Below, one piece after another: positions 52,330 to 64,000 of a stretch of DNA of 64,000 bases (position 1 is the first letter of the stretch; every line of letters starts with the position of its first letter). The DNA lies in contig NC_043011.1 of assembly GCF_006345805.1 (NCBI RefSeq), positions 50,418,464 through 50,482,463 on the forward strand, given 5' to 3'. This stretch comes from Octopus sinensis (Eukaryota). A program made the position numbers and the translations under genes. Below the pieces are notes generated by a model. It had not been told where the DNA came from. It did no database searches and worked only from the letters and a program-made list of their open reading frames with translations.

Positions 52330-53420
52330 AAATTAAGCAGAAAATGAAGAAATCTTGATCAACAACAATTGACTCATATCGATTTTCCTGTGATGGAAAA
52401 TGAGGCCTTGCTTGAAATGATTGAAGAAGACCAAGCACAAGCACTGGTATCTTGTCAACTTGTCAACTGGTCAACTTGTTCCATCACAAGACACCATCGA
52501 TCGATACCTAGCTTATGCAGGTATCGAGCTAGTGAACAGACGCCCTCTAGAAACTCTTCATGAAATGACTTGTGAACATTTGCATATACCCGTTTTTAGC
52601 GTCGGATAGTAAGTGGGGATGAAAGATGGATCTATTTTCGTGAGGCATCGTTCTGGTTAAGTTTCAGAATCTGTTGACAAACAGGGACAGTTTGAACAGA
52701 TTGTGATGCTGTGTGTTTACTGGAATTTCTAGAGGGTGTTACACCCTGGGCTTGTCTCAAATGGTCACACTGTGAACGCTAACCTATATGATCATGAACT
52801 GCAACGAGTATATGATACCTTGAATGCCCGCTACTCGACATTTGTCAATCGACGACGCGCACTCCTACAGCATGACAATGCACCCAGCACACACTGCCAA
52901 TGTGGCCAAGCGCAAACTTGAGGAACTTGATGATCTGGAAGTACTACCTATTTCTTTACTACCCAAAAGGGGCTAAAACACAGAGGGGATAAACAAGGAA
53001 TGACAAACGGATTAAGCCCATTACATCGACCCCAATGCGTAACTGGTACTTATTTAATCGACCCCGAAAGGATCAAAAGCAAAGTCGACCTCGGCAGAAT
53101 TTGAACTCAGAACGTAAAAACAGACGAAATACCTATTTTTTTACTACCCACAAGGGGCTAAACACAGAGGGGATAAACAAGGAATGACAAACGGATTAAG
53201 CCGATTACATCGACTCCAGTGCGTAACTGGTACTTATTTAATCGACCCCGAAAGGATGAAAGGCAAAAAGTCGACCTCGGCGGAATTTGAACTCAGAACG
53301 TAACGGCAGACGAAATGCCGCTAGGCATTTCGCCCGGCGTGCTAACGTTTCTGCCAGCTTGCCGCCTTAAGTACTACTGCTGTTACCTACAGTTCTGGTT
53401 TTGTACCATTAGATTACTTC
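52330..53420 (+). mobile_element. Decayed mariner transposase interrupted by a SINE
   Basis: ALLQHDNAP..., and after the SINE a YSPDLAPSDY-like TYSSGFVPLDYFL. Confidence 0.7.
52948..53368 (-). mobile_element. SINE type 2, dimeric, with 9-bp TSD
   Basis: TSD aagtactac at 52939-52947 and 53369-53377. Confidence 0.9.
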
Positions 53421-53951
53421 CTTTACTGAGCTATGGTTCATTTCCTGCTCAGACGAAGGCTCGAAAATGAAGATGAGGTAAAAAAAATAGGTGAGGAGAG
53501 GGACGTTTTTGTGTCTAAACCAGTCAAATGGTATGAGTATAGAATTGAGCCTCTGGCACAAGGATGGCAACAGATAATAGAACGTGATAGGGATATATTT
53601 TGGTGAATAAATGCTTCTTGTGTGTAACCTGTTTGGGGCATAGTAGAAGGTAAATTGAGATTCTGTAGTTGAGTGCGTGTGTGAATAGACTGAGTGACGT
53701 CATAATCAAAAATTAACGAGAGGAAAAATACTCAGAGACGCTAGTGTTTGGATTCTTAGTAGCAAAGCTGCAGCTAACATACAGGACGTAATTATAAATA
53801 ATAAAGACATTGATGTTATCTTCCGTGCCCCCTTTTTTAAAGAATACGAACTATGGTTCAATAAAAATAAGTAGTAAATATCAATTCGTCGATTAAACCC
53901 TTCCAGGCGGAGCCCCAGCATAGCCGCAGTCCAATGACTGAATCAGGACAA

Positions 53952-54289
53952 GGAAACCCCCTTCGGTCATGAATGACCATGGGATTGCACCTAGAAAGTT
54001 ACCCTCTGAGGCACAAGTCCGGGCAAAGTTGTTTATGGAAGACCAGCAGTCGCTCATGCATACCGGTCCCCCCTCTCCACACCACTGATGTTATCCAAGG
54101 GAAAAGCAAAGGCCGATACAGCTTGGCACCAGTGATGTCGCAACTCATTTCTACAGCTGAGTGAACTGGAGCAACGTGAAATAAAGTGTCTTGCTCAGGA
54201 ATGCAACATGCAGCCCGCTCTGGGAATCGAACTCACGACTTCACGACCGTAAGCTCGACGCTCTAACCACTGAGCCATGCGCCTTCACA
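53952..54289 (-). mobile_element. SINE type 5, full length, 11-bp TSD, inserted in a SINE1 tail
   Basis: TSD aatcaggacaa at 53941-53951 and 54290-54300. Confidence 0.9.
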
Positions 54290-54532
54290 AATCAGGACAA
54301 AAGGAAGAGATAAAATATAAAGACAAATGACAATTCCGCTAATAATTGTTGTCGTCTATAAAGATATAATTTTCAAAAGTAATCTTTGGCTTAGAACATC
54401 AAATATGCTAACACGCACTTCACTATAATTTCTTTTGCAGCGCGCGTTCCTGAGTAATCCTCTCGGTAATAGCCGTTACACTACTCAATGTTCAACCACA
54501 AAGAAGCCGCTCTATCTCTCCTCCTCTCTATC

Positions 54533-54581
<49 letters not shown>

Positions 54582-54817
54582 CTATCTATCATCTCTCCTC
54601 CTCTCTAACTGTGTTTCTCTCTTCCTCTCTCTCACTCTCCAATCATTAATGAGATCTTAACAATATTAAGAACAATTACAGATCTGATTAATGAGTGGTC
54701 TTATGACTTAGGGTGTGCCTTTAATTAAGCAAAATTTCAAGTTTGTTAGTGCAAGCGTGTAGATATACACATAAGTATATATATACATACATACATACAT
54801 GTATGTACGCATATATA

Positions 54818-54861
<44 letters not shown>

Positions 54862-55596
54862 ACATACATATTTATATATTTCTATATAGTGCACATATAC
54901 ATTCATATATATATATATATAAAATATATGATATATATATGTATGTGCGTGTTGTGCACGCACGCATATGTGTATATATACATATAAATATAATATATAT
55001 ATATATATATAATATATATATAACATATATATATATACATATATACAAATATATATACACATATTACATATATACATATATATATACACATATATATGTA
55101 TATATGTATATATATACATATATACATAATCTATACATATACATATATATACATAATATATATATATATATATATAATATTATATATATATATATATAAT
55201 ATATATATAATGTATATATTCATAGCTCTGACACACATAGTCGCACATGCATGGATGATTAACTTTAATTATTTAGAGAGTTCTTGATTGAATAACCAAT
55301 GAAAGTATTAACACATTTTACAATATGGCAGGGCTGTATTTACAATCTACTTGTGATTGCTTGACGTCACTTGATAAGGGATTGACAATAGATCGATAAA
55401 GCACCAGATACGTACACACACACACAAACACCACACACACACACACACACAAACGCACACACACACACACATACACACACATTCTTTCACGTGCAGATAT
55501 CCACTCACATGCTTACAGATGTATGCTTGAGTTTACGTTTGTTTAGAAATATCATTCGATTTTAGATGTGCATTTGTGTGTGTTCATATGCGCGTT

Positions 55597-55639
<43 letters not shown>

Positions 55640-56248
55640 ATGCGTGTGTGTTTTTAAGGCGAGGCATTGTATTTAAAAACAGTAAGAAGTTTACTTCTCA
55701 ACCACGAAACCCCAAGTTCGATTTTGGGCTGCTGACATAACCATGGTCTCCTGTCGGCCGAAAAATTACAAGTGAGATTTAGTAAATGGAAACTATGGAG
55801 AATCCTATTGGACGTGTGTTAAGGATCTCTTGAGAAATATGGCTCAAAAGCCCAGAGATTAACTCGGTTTCCATAGCGTGTAAGTAACTGAGATTACAAC
55901 ACGCTATCCCCTGCTGAACTGGACACCAGTCCATCCTAGAGTTAATATCTCAGATATTAAGATGATTGAATTAGACCAACATGAAATAAAGTGTTTTGTT
56001 CAAGACCACAATGAACCGCCCGGTCCAGGAATCGGAACCACGGTTTTGCAACCGTAAATTCAACGCCGTAATCACCGTAATCTAACGCGCATCCTGCCAT
56101 TGGATGTACCGTGAGCACGTCTAATTGAAACCTGTAGCTTTGTCACACTGATTCCGCTTGAAAATTACAATGGTAGAAGCGTATGTGTGATACTCGACCT
56201 TTTAGCACGCAAACCCAATCTTTTCAACTTTCGTTCAACAATTGAACA

Positions 56249-57108
56249 TACGAGGGTGTACACAAAAGAAACTGGAATTTTGCGATATTGTTTTATTTAC
56301 TTAGTTTTACATGTTTACACTTTTATCGCCTTCAAAGTATTCTCCATTTGAAGCAATGCATTGGTGCCGACGTGTTTTCGCTGTTCGAAGCATGCTGGAA
56401 CGCTTGCGAAGGGATGCCTTTTAATGCTTCCGTCGTTCCTTCTTCACCTCTTCCACATCTGCAAATTCCATAGCACCAGCTTTCGTCACCAGTGCTGACC
56501 TTCGAAAAATAGTCCGGATCAACTTCCAATTGTCCTTACAGTTCATGACACGCATTCAGTCGAGACCGCTTTTGATCTTCTGTAAGCAAGCGAGCCACAA
56601 ATTTCGCTGTAACTCTTCATTCGCAATTCCTCGCTCAAAATCTGTTGAGAAACTCGAGGATACACCAGTAATATTAGCAATTTCGTCAATTTTTTCAATT
56701 TTTCAATGACCGTCCTCCAAGATCAGTTCATGAATTTTCGTGATGTTTTCATTCGCTCGGGAGGTCGACGCTCGCCATGAATGAGGTTGGTCTTCTAGCG
56801 ACAAGTGACCATTCCAAAAGCATTGAAAGGACTTTTAAGCTTCTTTTTTGTTCATTTGCAGCAAGACAACTGTTTCGGCCGCCGTTTTTTCCCTAAAGAA
56901 AGCAGAAATTCGGGAAAGCATGTCATCGATTCGTTTCAACCATTGCAAAAATCAACGAAGCACTGTAAAACAAAGACGTACCATGTGGCAGTACGACTGC
57001 TCTCGATGACGCCGGTCGACAGACTGATGCCTGATGGTCGCATCAAGTGGCTTGTAGCAGTGTTTGTTCCACAGATGGCTTCCATTTATTTTTGGTTACC
57101 TCCTCGTA
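56249..57108 (-). mobile_element. Internally deleted mariner transposon
   Basis: Imperfect TIRs tacgagggtgtacacaaaagaaactggaa / ttccatttatttttggttacctcctcgta. DPDYFSKVSTGDESWCYG and C-terminal CIASNGEYFE. Confidence 0.82.
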
Positions 57109-58305
57109 CATATGGCACTTTTGTTTCAACAACGCCTCCCTCTCTCTCTCTCCTCACAATAACAACCACTCTCATCACCCACCTAATGATTATACACCAA
57201 CACTCACTACACACACTCTACACTGGTAAACACACAATTTCCCCTATATGTGTGTCATTATGTGCGAGCGAGTGCGTGAGCATCTGTATGTGCGCGTGTG
57301 TGTGTGTATATGTGTGTATTTGAGAGAGAGAGAGAGTGATAGGCACTTCTATATCTCCATCTCCAAGCCTTAACGAAACTTTAATTTAAGTGTCAGCTGG
57401 TGCATTCGTCTACCTTTAAATGTAAAGATGAGGAATCACTGCTGTTACCAACGCTAAGTGTTATGAAAACGTACGAAAGAATTTTGACTTGCTGTAGCGA
57501 ACTCACACATCTGCGTCCTGGAATGGATCTTCCAATACCGTACAAGACACGCACGCCCACACACACACACACACACACAAACACGCACACACAGATACAA
57601 GCTGTTTAATGGTAAACCAATTACACTGAACATATGACGCTACGACCTCTCATAAGAGTTCTTGAGATTCAGAATAGATATGAATGCGAATAGGAATTTG
57701 AATACGTTGATTTTATTATTAATCAATTAATCAATCCTTTTCTTTCTCAATTCTCCTCCCCACCCTCTCTCCCTCTTTCTCTCTCTTTCTCTCTCTCTCT
57801 GTCGATCACTTTCTCTATCTATCTACCTATCTATCTATCTCACTCTCCATCTCTTTAAATATATCTGTGTATGTGTGTCTGTTTATCTCTATGCGTGTGC
57901 GTGTATATTAGTGTGTATGTATACACATATTCTTTTATATGAATATATATATGTGTGTGTGTGTATATATACATATATCCTTTTATATTCGTATATATAA
58001 TATATATATATATATATATATGGCAATAAGACAATGGAGATCAAGAGGTGGTATTCATCAAATTTTAGACATTAAATTATTCTACCGGCTGTATATTGGA
58101 TAGATATTATCCCTTAGTTGGTTGGATTAACAACCTCTAACACTTTTGCAATTATATATATATATATATATATATTATATATGCAGGTATATAGAAATAG
58201 AAATATGCATATGTGCGTACATAAATATAATATATATTCATATCTGTATGTATCTATGTATGTATAATGCATATTATGTAATATATATATATATATATAG
58301 ATAGA

Positions 58306-60423
58306 TATGTTTTCTTTATTAGCCACACAGGGCTGCACACAGATAGAACAAATTACAAGGTAGAGCTTTTCTTTTGAAGGTTTAAAAAAAAAAAAAAAAA
58401 AAAAAGGGAAAGGGGAGTTTCGATCAAAAGGGATCGTAAAAGGAGAGAAAGAGGACAAAAAAAGGGGGGGGTTAAAAAAAAAAAGGGGGGGGGAGAGGAA
58501 AAAAAATTGATCAATAGGGATCGTTATCACAGAAATGTCAATATGAAGTGTAAAGGGGAGGACAGGTGAGGTTTACCTGGAAAGAAAAGCCTACGGAAAA
58601 GACCACGTAACCTCGGTCAATGAAGTCACATTTTATATTTCTTTTTTTTTTTTTTTTGCAAATAAGCAACTCTCTGTTTTCGATTCTGGGTTCATAGGAC
58701 TATGCTCAAGGTGGGCTTCGTCATTCATACGTGCCATTCTTGCTACATTCACCCATCTTTTTTTAAAACATTCGCTAGACAAAACTTGCCTCTCTACTCT
58801 CACTTTCCTTTTCAAGTGGTACTTGAAGAAGTTGATGAGAGATTGACCAGAGAGGAAAGTGTTTGTCTCCAATCCTTTCAGACGCGTCCACCAGATACAT
58901 TCTTTCGCCATAGCCACAAGGATGATGAAAATAGCTCTTCCTTCCCGTTTGAAGGAAGGAGGCGTGACAATATTGACGATAGACTCAGCTGATAAACCGA
59001 CTCGTCCCACACGTGACAGCAGTTGTTCGACATAAGCCCACAGGTCGGAAATTGTTGGACACTGAACGAGTGCGTGCCGAACGGTTTCGTCGCTCTGACC
59101 GCATCTCGGGCAGGTCGGCCCCGTGTTTCTCGAGCCGTGTCTGTAGAGCTTATCCCGAACGGGTAGCGCTTCTCGGTAGCACTGCCAGGCCAGGGATCTC
59201 TGGAAGTTGTCCATGGGCCCTGGCCCGAAAGTCGTCCTCGACACAGGCGGTCTAGGTCATCTCCTCGTCGACGTCCAGGTTCGCCCCGAGCTCGTCGTCG
59301 TACCTCCCCTCCACTAAACCCCTATAGAATGCTTTGGTTGTGTTGAAGTCACTTAAGGTCGACCCAGGACGGCAGAGTTGCTTGAGAGCAACGCGACACT
59401 CGCGGTGCCATTCGCCCTTCCTCGGCCTCTTTTTGATCCACGACTGCAGTTCGGTCATGGAGACGACTGCGGGAAGCGTGCCTCACAAACGGCGACCACA
59501 CCTGTTCACCGTCGTCTACATAGAGCCAGAGATGTCGCAGTCTCAGCGCGTGTCTGCGCATCATCAACCACGGCATGCCCAGCCCTCCTTTTAACGGGTG
59601 TTGACAGCAATGGATCGCCTGACCATCGGGACGCATCCTTTCCACAAGAAGCGAAAGAGGATGCGTTGTAGTTTGGTGATGGTAGGGTCGGGACAAGGTA
59701 CGACGGTCAGGCGGTAGTAGATGACGGACGCGATGTACGTGTTCGCCACCTCCGCTCGACCTTTTAGGGACAGTTTTCCTCTCGCCCATTGCCGGGCGAG
59801 AGTGACCACCCTACTCGTTATCTCGTTCCAGTTTCTTCTCCACTTGGAGGTCCGGACCAAACCAGACCCCGAGCAACTCAACCGGGCCGTCGGTCCAGCG
59901 TCCCACGACGGAGGCGCTGGTGGACGGCATGGGCTTGCTTCTCCAGGTGCCTAGTCGCAAGCTCACTGACTTTTTCCCGGTTGATTTTCGCTCCTGTCAC
60001 CGCTTCGTAGTTTTTCAGTGTCTCACCGACCAGCTCGATGTGCTCGTGGCTTGACACTATGACGGTGACGTCGTCCGCGTATGCAGACACGCTCGTCCCG
60101 CATCCCAATTCTCCGCGGGATGCCCCTTAGAGTCGCCAGCTTCCGCAGTAGTGGCTCAAGAGTCAATACGTATAGAAGCGCCGAGAGGGGGCATCCCTGA
60201 CGACCGAACGTGCAATGTCGAAAGGTCTCGATAGATGTCCATTTAACGCGAATTACCGAACGGATGCCTCTGTACAAGGCAGCTATCCAGCCGCGGAAGA
60301 CGGGACCGAAACCAGCCGCTCTCAGGACTGCCTCCAAGTATCGATGGTCTACCCTATCAAAGGCTTTCGATTGATCCAAGTTGATCAGGGCCCCACCATG
60401 CCATTTCGTTAACTACCCCTGTC
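58306..60423 (-). mobile_element. 5'-truncated L1/Tx1-clade LINE (RT, C-terminal zinc knuckle, 3' UTR)
   Basis: DQSKAFDRVDHRYLEAVL, RQGCPLSALLYVLTLEPL, SAYADDVT, TCPRCGQSDETVRHALVQC. Several frameshifts. 3' end aataaagaaaacata-(TCTA). 5' end abuts (GATA)n. Confidence 0.92.
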
Positions 60424-60424
60424 T

Positions 60425-60458
<34 letters not shown>

Positions 60459-60472
60459 GATAGATAGATAGA

Positions 60473-60504
<32 letters not shown>

Positions 60505-60545
60505 ATAGATAGATAGATAGATAGATAATATAGATAGATAGATAC

Positions 60546-60625
<80 letters not shown>

Positions 60626-61244
60626 TTGATAGATATGCATACTTTGAATATATATATATATATTCATACATACATATTTATACATATGTATGTGCCTATT
60701 CATAAACATAATTATGTATATTTGCATCTGCTGTGTGAGGGATGGTGTGGGAGTGGAGCGTGGAATTTTTATAAAATATTCAGTGGAATACAATGATACA
60801 ACGAAAGCAATTAAGTGTTGAGAGAATGTATTATTGTATTATTTAATAAATGGACATTAAATTCCTCTCTCTCCCACAAAAATAAACACCCATTAATTTC
60901 ACTCCTTGAAAATACAACAAACTTTATATGCACATACAATGAAAACGAGATGAAAATAAATTAGCGAACGTATAGTGAGATATAAGTGTTATGAGGAGAG
61001 ATAAGATGGAGGCAGGAGACAGTGGATGATGGAAAAATAGAAGAGGTGGAATGATAGCGTAAGAGAAATCGATGGTTGGATACTGTATTAAATTACAGTT
61101 AAATTATTCTGAAACAACAAACTGACGTTGTGAAAGATGATAATACGGGGGAAACAATACAGTGTCGATGTCGGAAGCTTAGATATGGAAGTGATTTACG
61201 GCAAGACACTGTCTATCTATTGTAACCGTCGTTGCAGTAGTGGT

Positions 61245-61369
61245 GGTTAGTCGTGTTGTTGGTGGTGATGTTGTTGGTGGTGTTACTGTTGGTGTTTGTT
61301 GTTGTTGTTGTTGTTAGTGGTGGTGGTGGTGGTGGTTTTGGTGGTGGTGGTGGTGGGTTGGTGTTGTTG

Positions 61370-61401
<32 letters not shown>

Positions 61402-61500
61402 GGTGGTGGTGGTGATGGTGGTGGTGGTGGTGGTGGTGGTGATGGTGGTGGTGGATGGTGGATGGTGGTGGTACAGGAGGTGGTACTGGTGCGGGAAGCT
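61245..61500. repeat. (GGT)n/(GTT)n trinucleotide tract
   Basis: Direct inspection. Confidence 0.9.
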
Positions 61501-61689
61501 GGTGGTGTCGGCTGTATTGGTGATCTGGGCGAATGTTTTATGGGTCGTCTGCTTTAAACACTGCATCGTGATTGGTGAACAGTAAGAGATGAAGAGAGAC
61601 AGGAGAGGAGGTGGGGCAGAGATAATGAGGGAGAGGGAGAGTGAAAGAGTGCAAGAAAGAGAAAGCAGGAGCAATATTTCATAGTAATG

Positions 61690-61895
61690 AGGCGGCGGGC
61701 TGTCAGTAAACGTTATCACGGCGGGCGAAATGCTTAGCGGTACTTCGTCTATCTTTACGTTCTGAGTTCAAATTTCGCTGAGGTCGACTTTACCTTTCAT
61801 CCTTTCGGGTTCGATAAATTAAGTACCAGTTGCGTACTGGGCTCGATTTAATCGCCTGCCCCCCCCAATAATTCGGGCCTGTGACTAGAGTAGAA
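61690..61895 (+). mobile_element. SINE type 2, monomeric
   Basis: gaggcggcgggctgtcag...ctgagttcaaatttcgctgaggtcgactttacctttcatcctttcggg. Confidence 0.8.
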
Positions 61896-62104
61896 AAGAA
61901 TATGGTTAAGGTGATTTCGATATATATATATATGTGTGTGTGTGTGTGGTGTGCATATAATATATATATATATATATATAACATCAAATTCTACGAAATT
62001 TTTTGCCACCCTATATTGATTAATTATATATATATATATATATTATATTATATTATATATATATACATATATAATATATATACATATATATGTATATATT
62101 TATA

Positions 62105-62138
<34 letters not shown>

Positions 62139-62207
62139 CATATATATATATGTGTTTTATACACACACACACACCCACCACATATATATATTATATATAT
62201 ATATTTA

Positions 62208-62825
62208 ATAATATCAAGGTAATAAAATATATTAGAAATTTCTACTATCAGTGGCCTAACGTGTAAATAATTTAGTAATTAGACTATATAATATTCATAT
62301 AAATACAGTGTAAATTTAAACACATAAGAGGCATTCTTCATAGGACTCCTTCCACGCTAGAAACAACAGTTAACTTCCAAACCACTATTAGGGATAAAAC
62401 TTTGAAGGGAATGAAAAATATAAACATTTGCCATCTAACTCCTGGACCATGGTTTCAGACATTTTCTACAAATAAAATAATTTGCTAGGCGAAGTCTTCT
62501 TCAGCAGGTACACCTTAGATTAAACATATATACACGAGACAATCTAGTATATGGCCCGTGCTTATACATTCTAATTTATAAAAATCTACCGCGCAAGCGC
62601 AGGTCCTTGTCGGCAGTAGAATTAAAATGCCGGCTTTTCAATTCTAAAATTATCCAGAAAAAAATAATCAATAATTAATATCAAGGGTAATAAGAAATAT
62701 TAGAAATGTCTAGTACCAGTGGCCTAGCGTCTAAAAATTTAGCCATTAGACTATATATATTATTCATATAAATACAGTGTACGTTTAAACACATAAGAGG
62801 CATCCATCATAGGACTTCTTTCTAG
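62208..62825. repeat. Diverged ~150-bp direct repeats (62208-62360 and 62675-62825)
   Basis: aatatcaagg(g)taata...cagtggccta...attagactatata...aaacacataagaggcat...cataggact in both. Confidence 0.75.
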
Positions 62826-63087
62826 CGTGCAATGTATGTATGTGTATTTTTCTGTGTATGTGTGTGCGCGTATGGGAGTGAGAGTGATAGTGTGTGTGGT
62901 ATCGGGTGGAGTCCTAGTGTGCGCCAGATCAGTTGTCTTCTAAAGCTTAGAGATGATCAACGCTTTGAGAGTGAATCTGGTAAACAGAAACCTTTTTGAA
63001 GCTCGTCATATATTTATCCATGAGTCTGTGTGTGCGAATATTCGCATGTGAGAGTGTGCGTGAATGTGTGTGTGTGTGTATGTGTGT

Positions 63088-63410
63088 ATGAAGGTGCGTA
63101 GCTTAGTGGTTAGGCCATTCGCCTCAAGATTGTAAGGTCGTGAGTTCAATTCCTGGCGACGTGTTGTGTCCTTGAGCAAGACACTTTATTTCACGTTGCT
63201 CCAGTCCATTCAGCTGGCAAAAATTAGTAGTACTTGTATTTCAAAGGGCCGGCCTTGTCACACTCTGCGTCACGCTGAATCTCCCTGAGAACTACGTTAG
63301 GGGTACACGTGTCTGTGGATTGCTCAGTCACTTGCACGTTAATTTCACGAGCAAACTATTCCGTTGACCGTATCAGCAGGGACCCTCGTCGTCGTAACCG
63401 ACGGAGTGCT
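63088..63410 (+). mobile_element. SINE type 3
   Basis: Colinear with the reverse complement of 9575-9893. Confidence 0.88.
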
Positions 63411-63676
63411 CCTATGTGTGTGTGTGTGTACTTATGTATTTCTGTGCGCGTGTTTTTGAGTTTTTGTCTGTACCACGCCGCTTCACAACAGGTGTTTTGT
63501 TTACGTGGAGGTAATCAAGGAGTTCAACCAAAAGAGACCGATAGAACAAATAACATACCTCAAACTATGAACTGGTGTTGAATTAATTGATCGACAAAAC
63601 ACTTCAAGGTTGTGACATGGCATGTTTGCTGTCCACTGAGGGAAATAAAGAAACATAACAAAATTATGTGCACAAT

Positions 63677-63830
63677 GTACGAGAGATGCCGAAAAGTTCC
63701 TGAGTTTAAGGTTAGCGCAAAAGCCCTGGTTGGAGGGCCAACCTTCCGAGTTCTTATACAGGGCTTAGAGAAACGGAAAGTCTGCTGCAATAAGTGTGTG
63801 AATCTAGGAAGGGAATATCTTTATATTATA
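63677..63830. mobile_element. Mariner-derived MITE, partial
   Basis: tacgagagatgccgaaaagttcctg TIR. Internal part matches the reverse complement of about 24575-24728. Confidence 0.7.
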
Positions 63831-64000
63831 AAAAGTAGGTGTGTGTCCTGTCTACTCCGATTTAGATTCCTAACTACTCCCACATTTTGCGGTGCAGTTT
63901 AAACCAAAACCGGGTATCTTATAGTCGTGATTACATATCGAGCCCCTTCTGGGTATTAGCGCGCGTCTACGATGAGTCTATACGATTTAAAAATATTACT

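Noticed and set aside
58702-60412. Many plus-strand ORFs over the Tx1 element
   Set aside because: GC-rich antisense shadows of the LINE ORF2.
61213-61719. 168-aa T/P/N-rich ORF and the opposite-strand V/G-rich ORF
   Set aside because: Produced by (GGT)n/(GTT)n tracts.

Overview
AT-rich animal genomic DNA dominated by microsatellites [(TA)n, (TAA)n, (GATA)n, (CA)n, (TACA)n] and decayed transposons. The SINE families and repeat landscape look like an octopus (coleoid cephalopod) genome; this is inferred from pattern recognition, not a database search. Only one convincing protein-coding gene is visible: an uninterrupted 395-aa coiled-coil ORF at 22891-24078 (+). Almost all other ORF-track entries are microsatellite translations or transposon relics: R4/Dong-like and L1/Tx1-like LINEs, RTE, CR1/L2-like, at least four Penelope-like elements, Gypsy integrase, Helitron, mariners with MITEs, and five tRNA-derived SINE types. 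The most notable pattern is microsatellite-associated retroelement insertion. (TAA)n arrays hold co-oriented stacks of R4/Dong 3' ends plus an unclassified ~555-bp non-coding element. (GATA)n arrays flank a Tx1-like LINE and two copies of its 3' end. Also present: several long near-perfect hairpins, hammerhead-like relics, modular and dimeric SINEs, and a ~989-bp tandem duplication bounded by (TA)n. Boundaries of decayed elements are approximate (read by eye).
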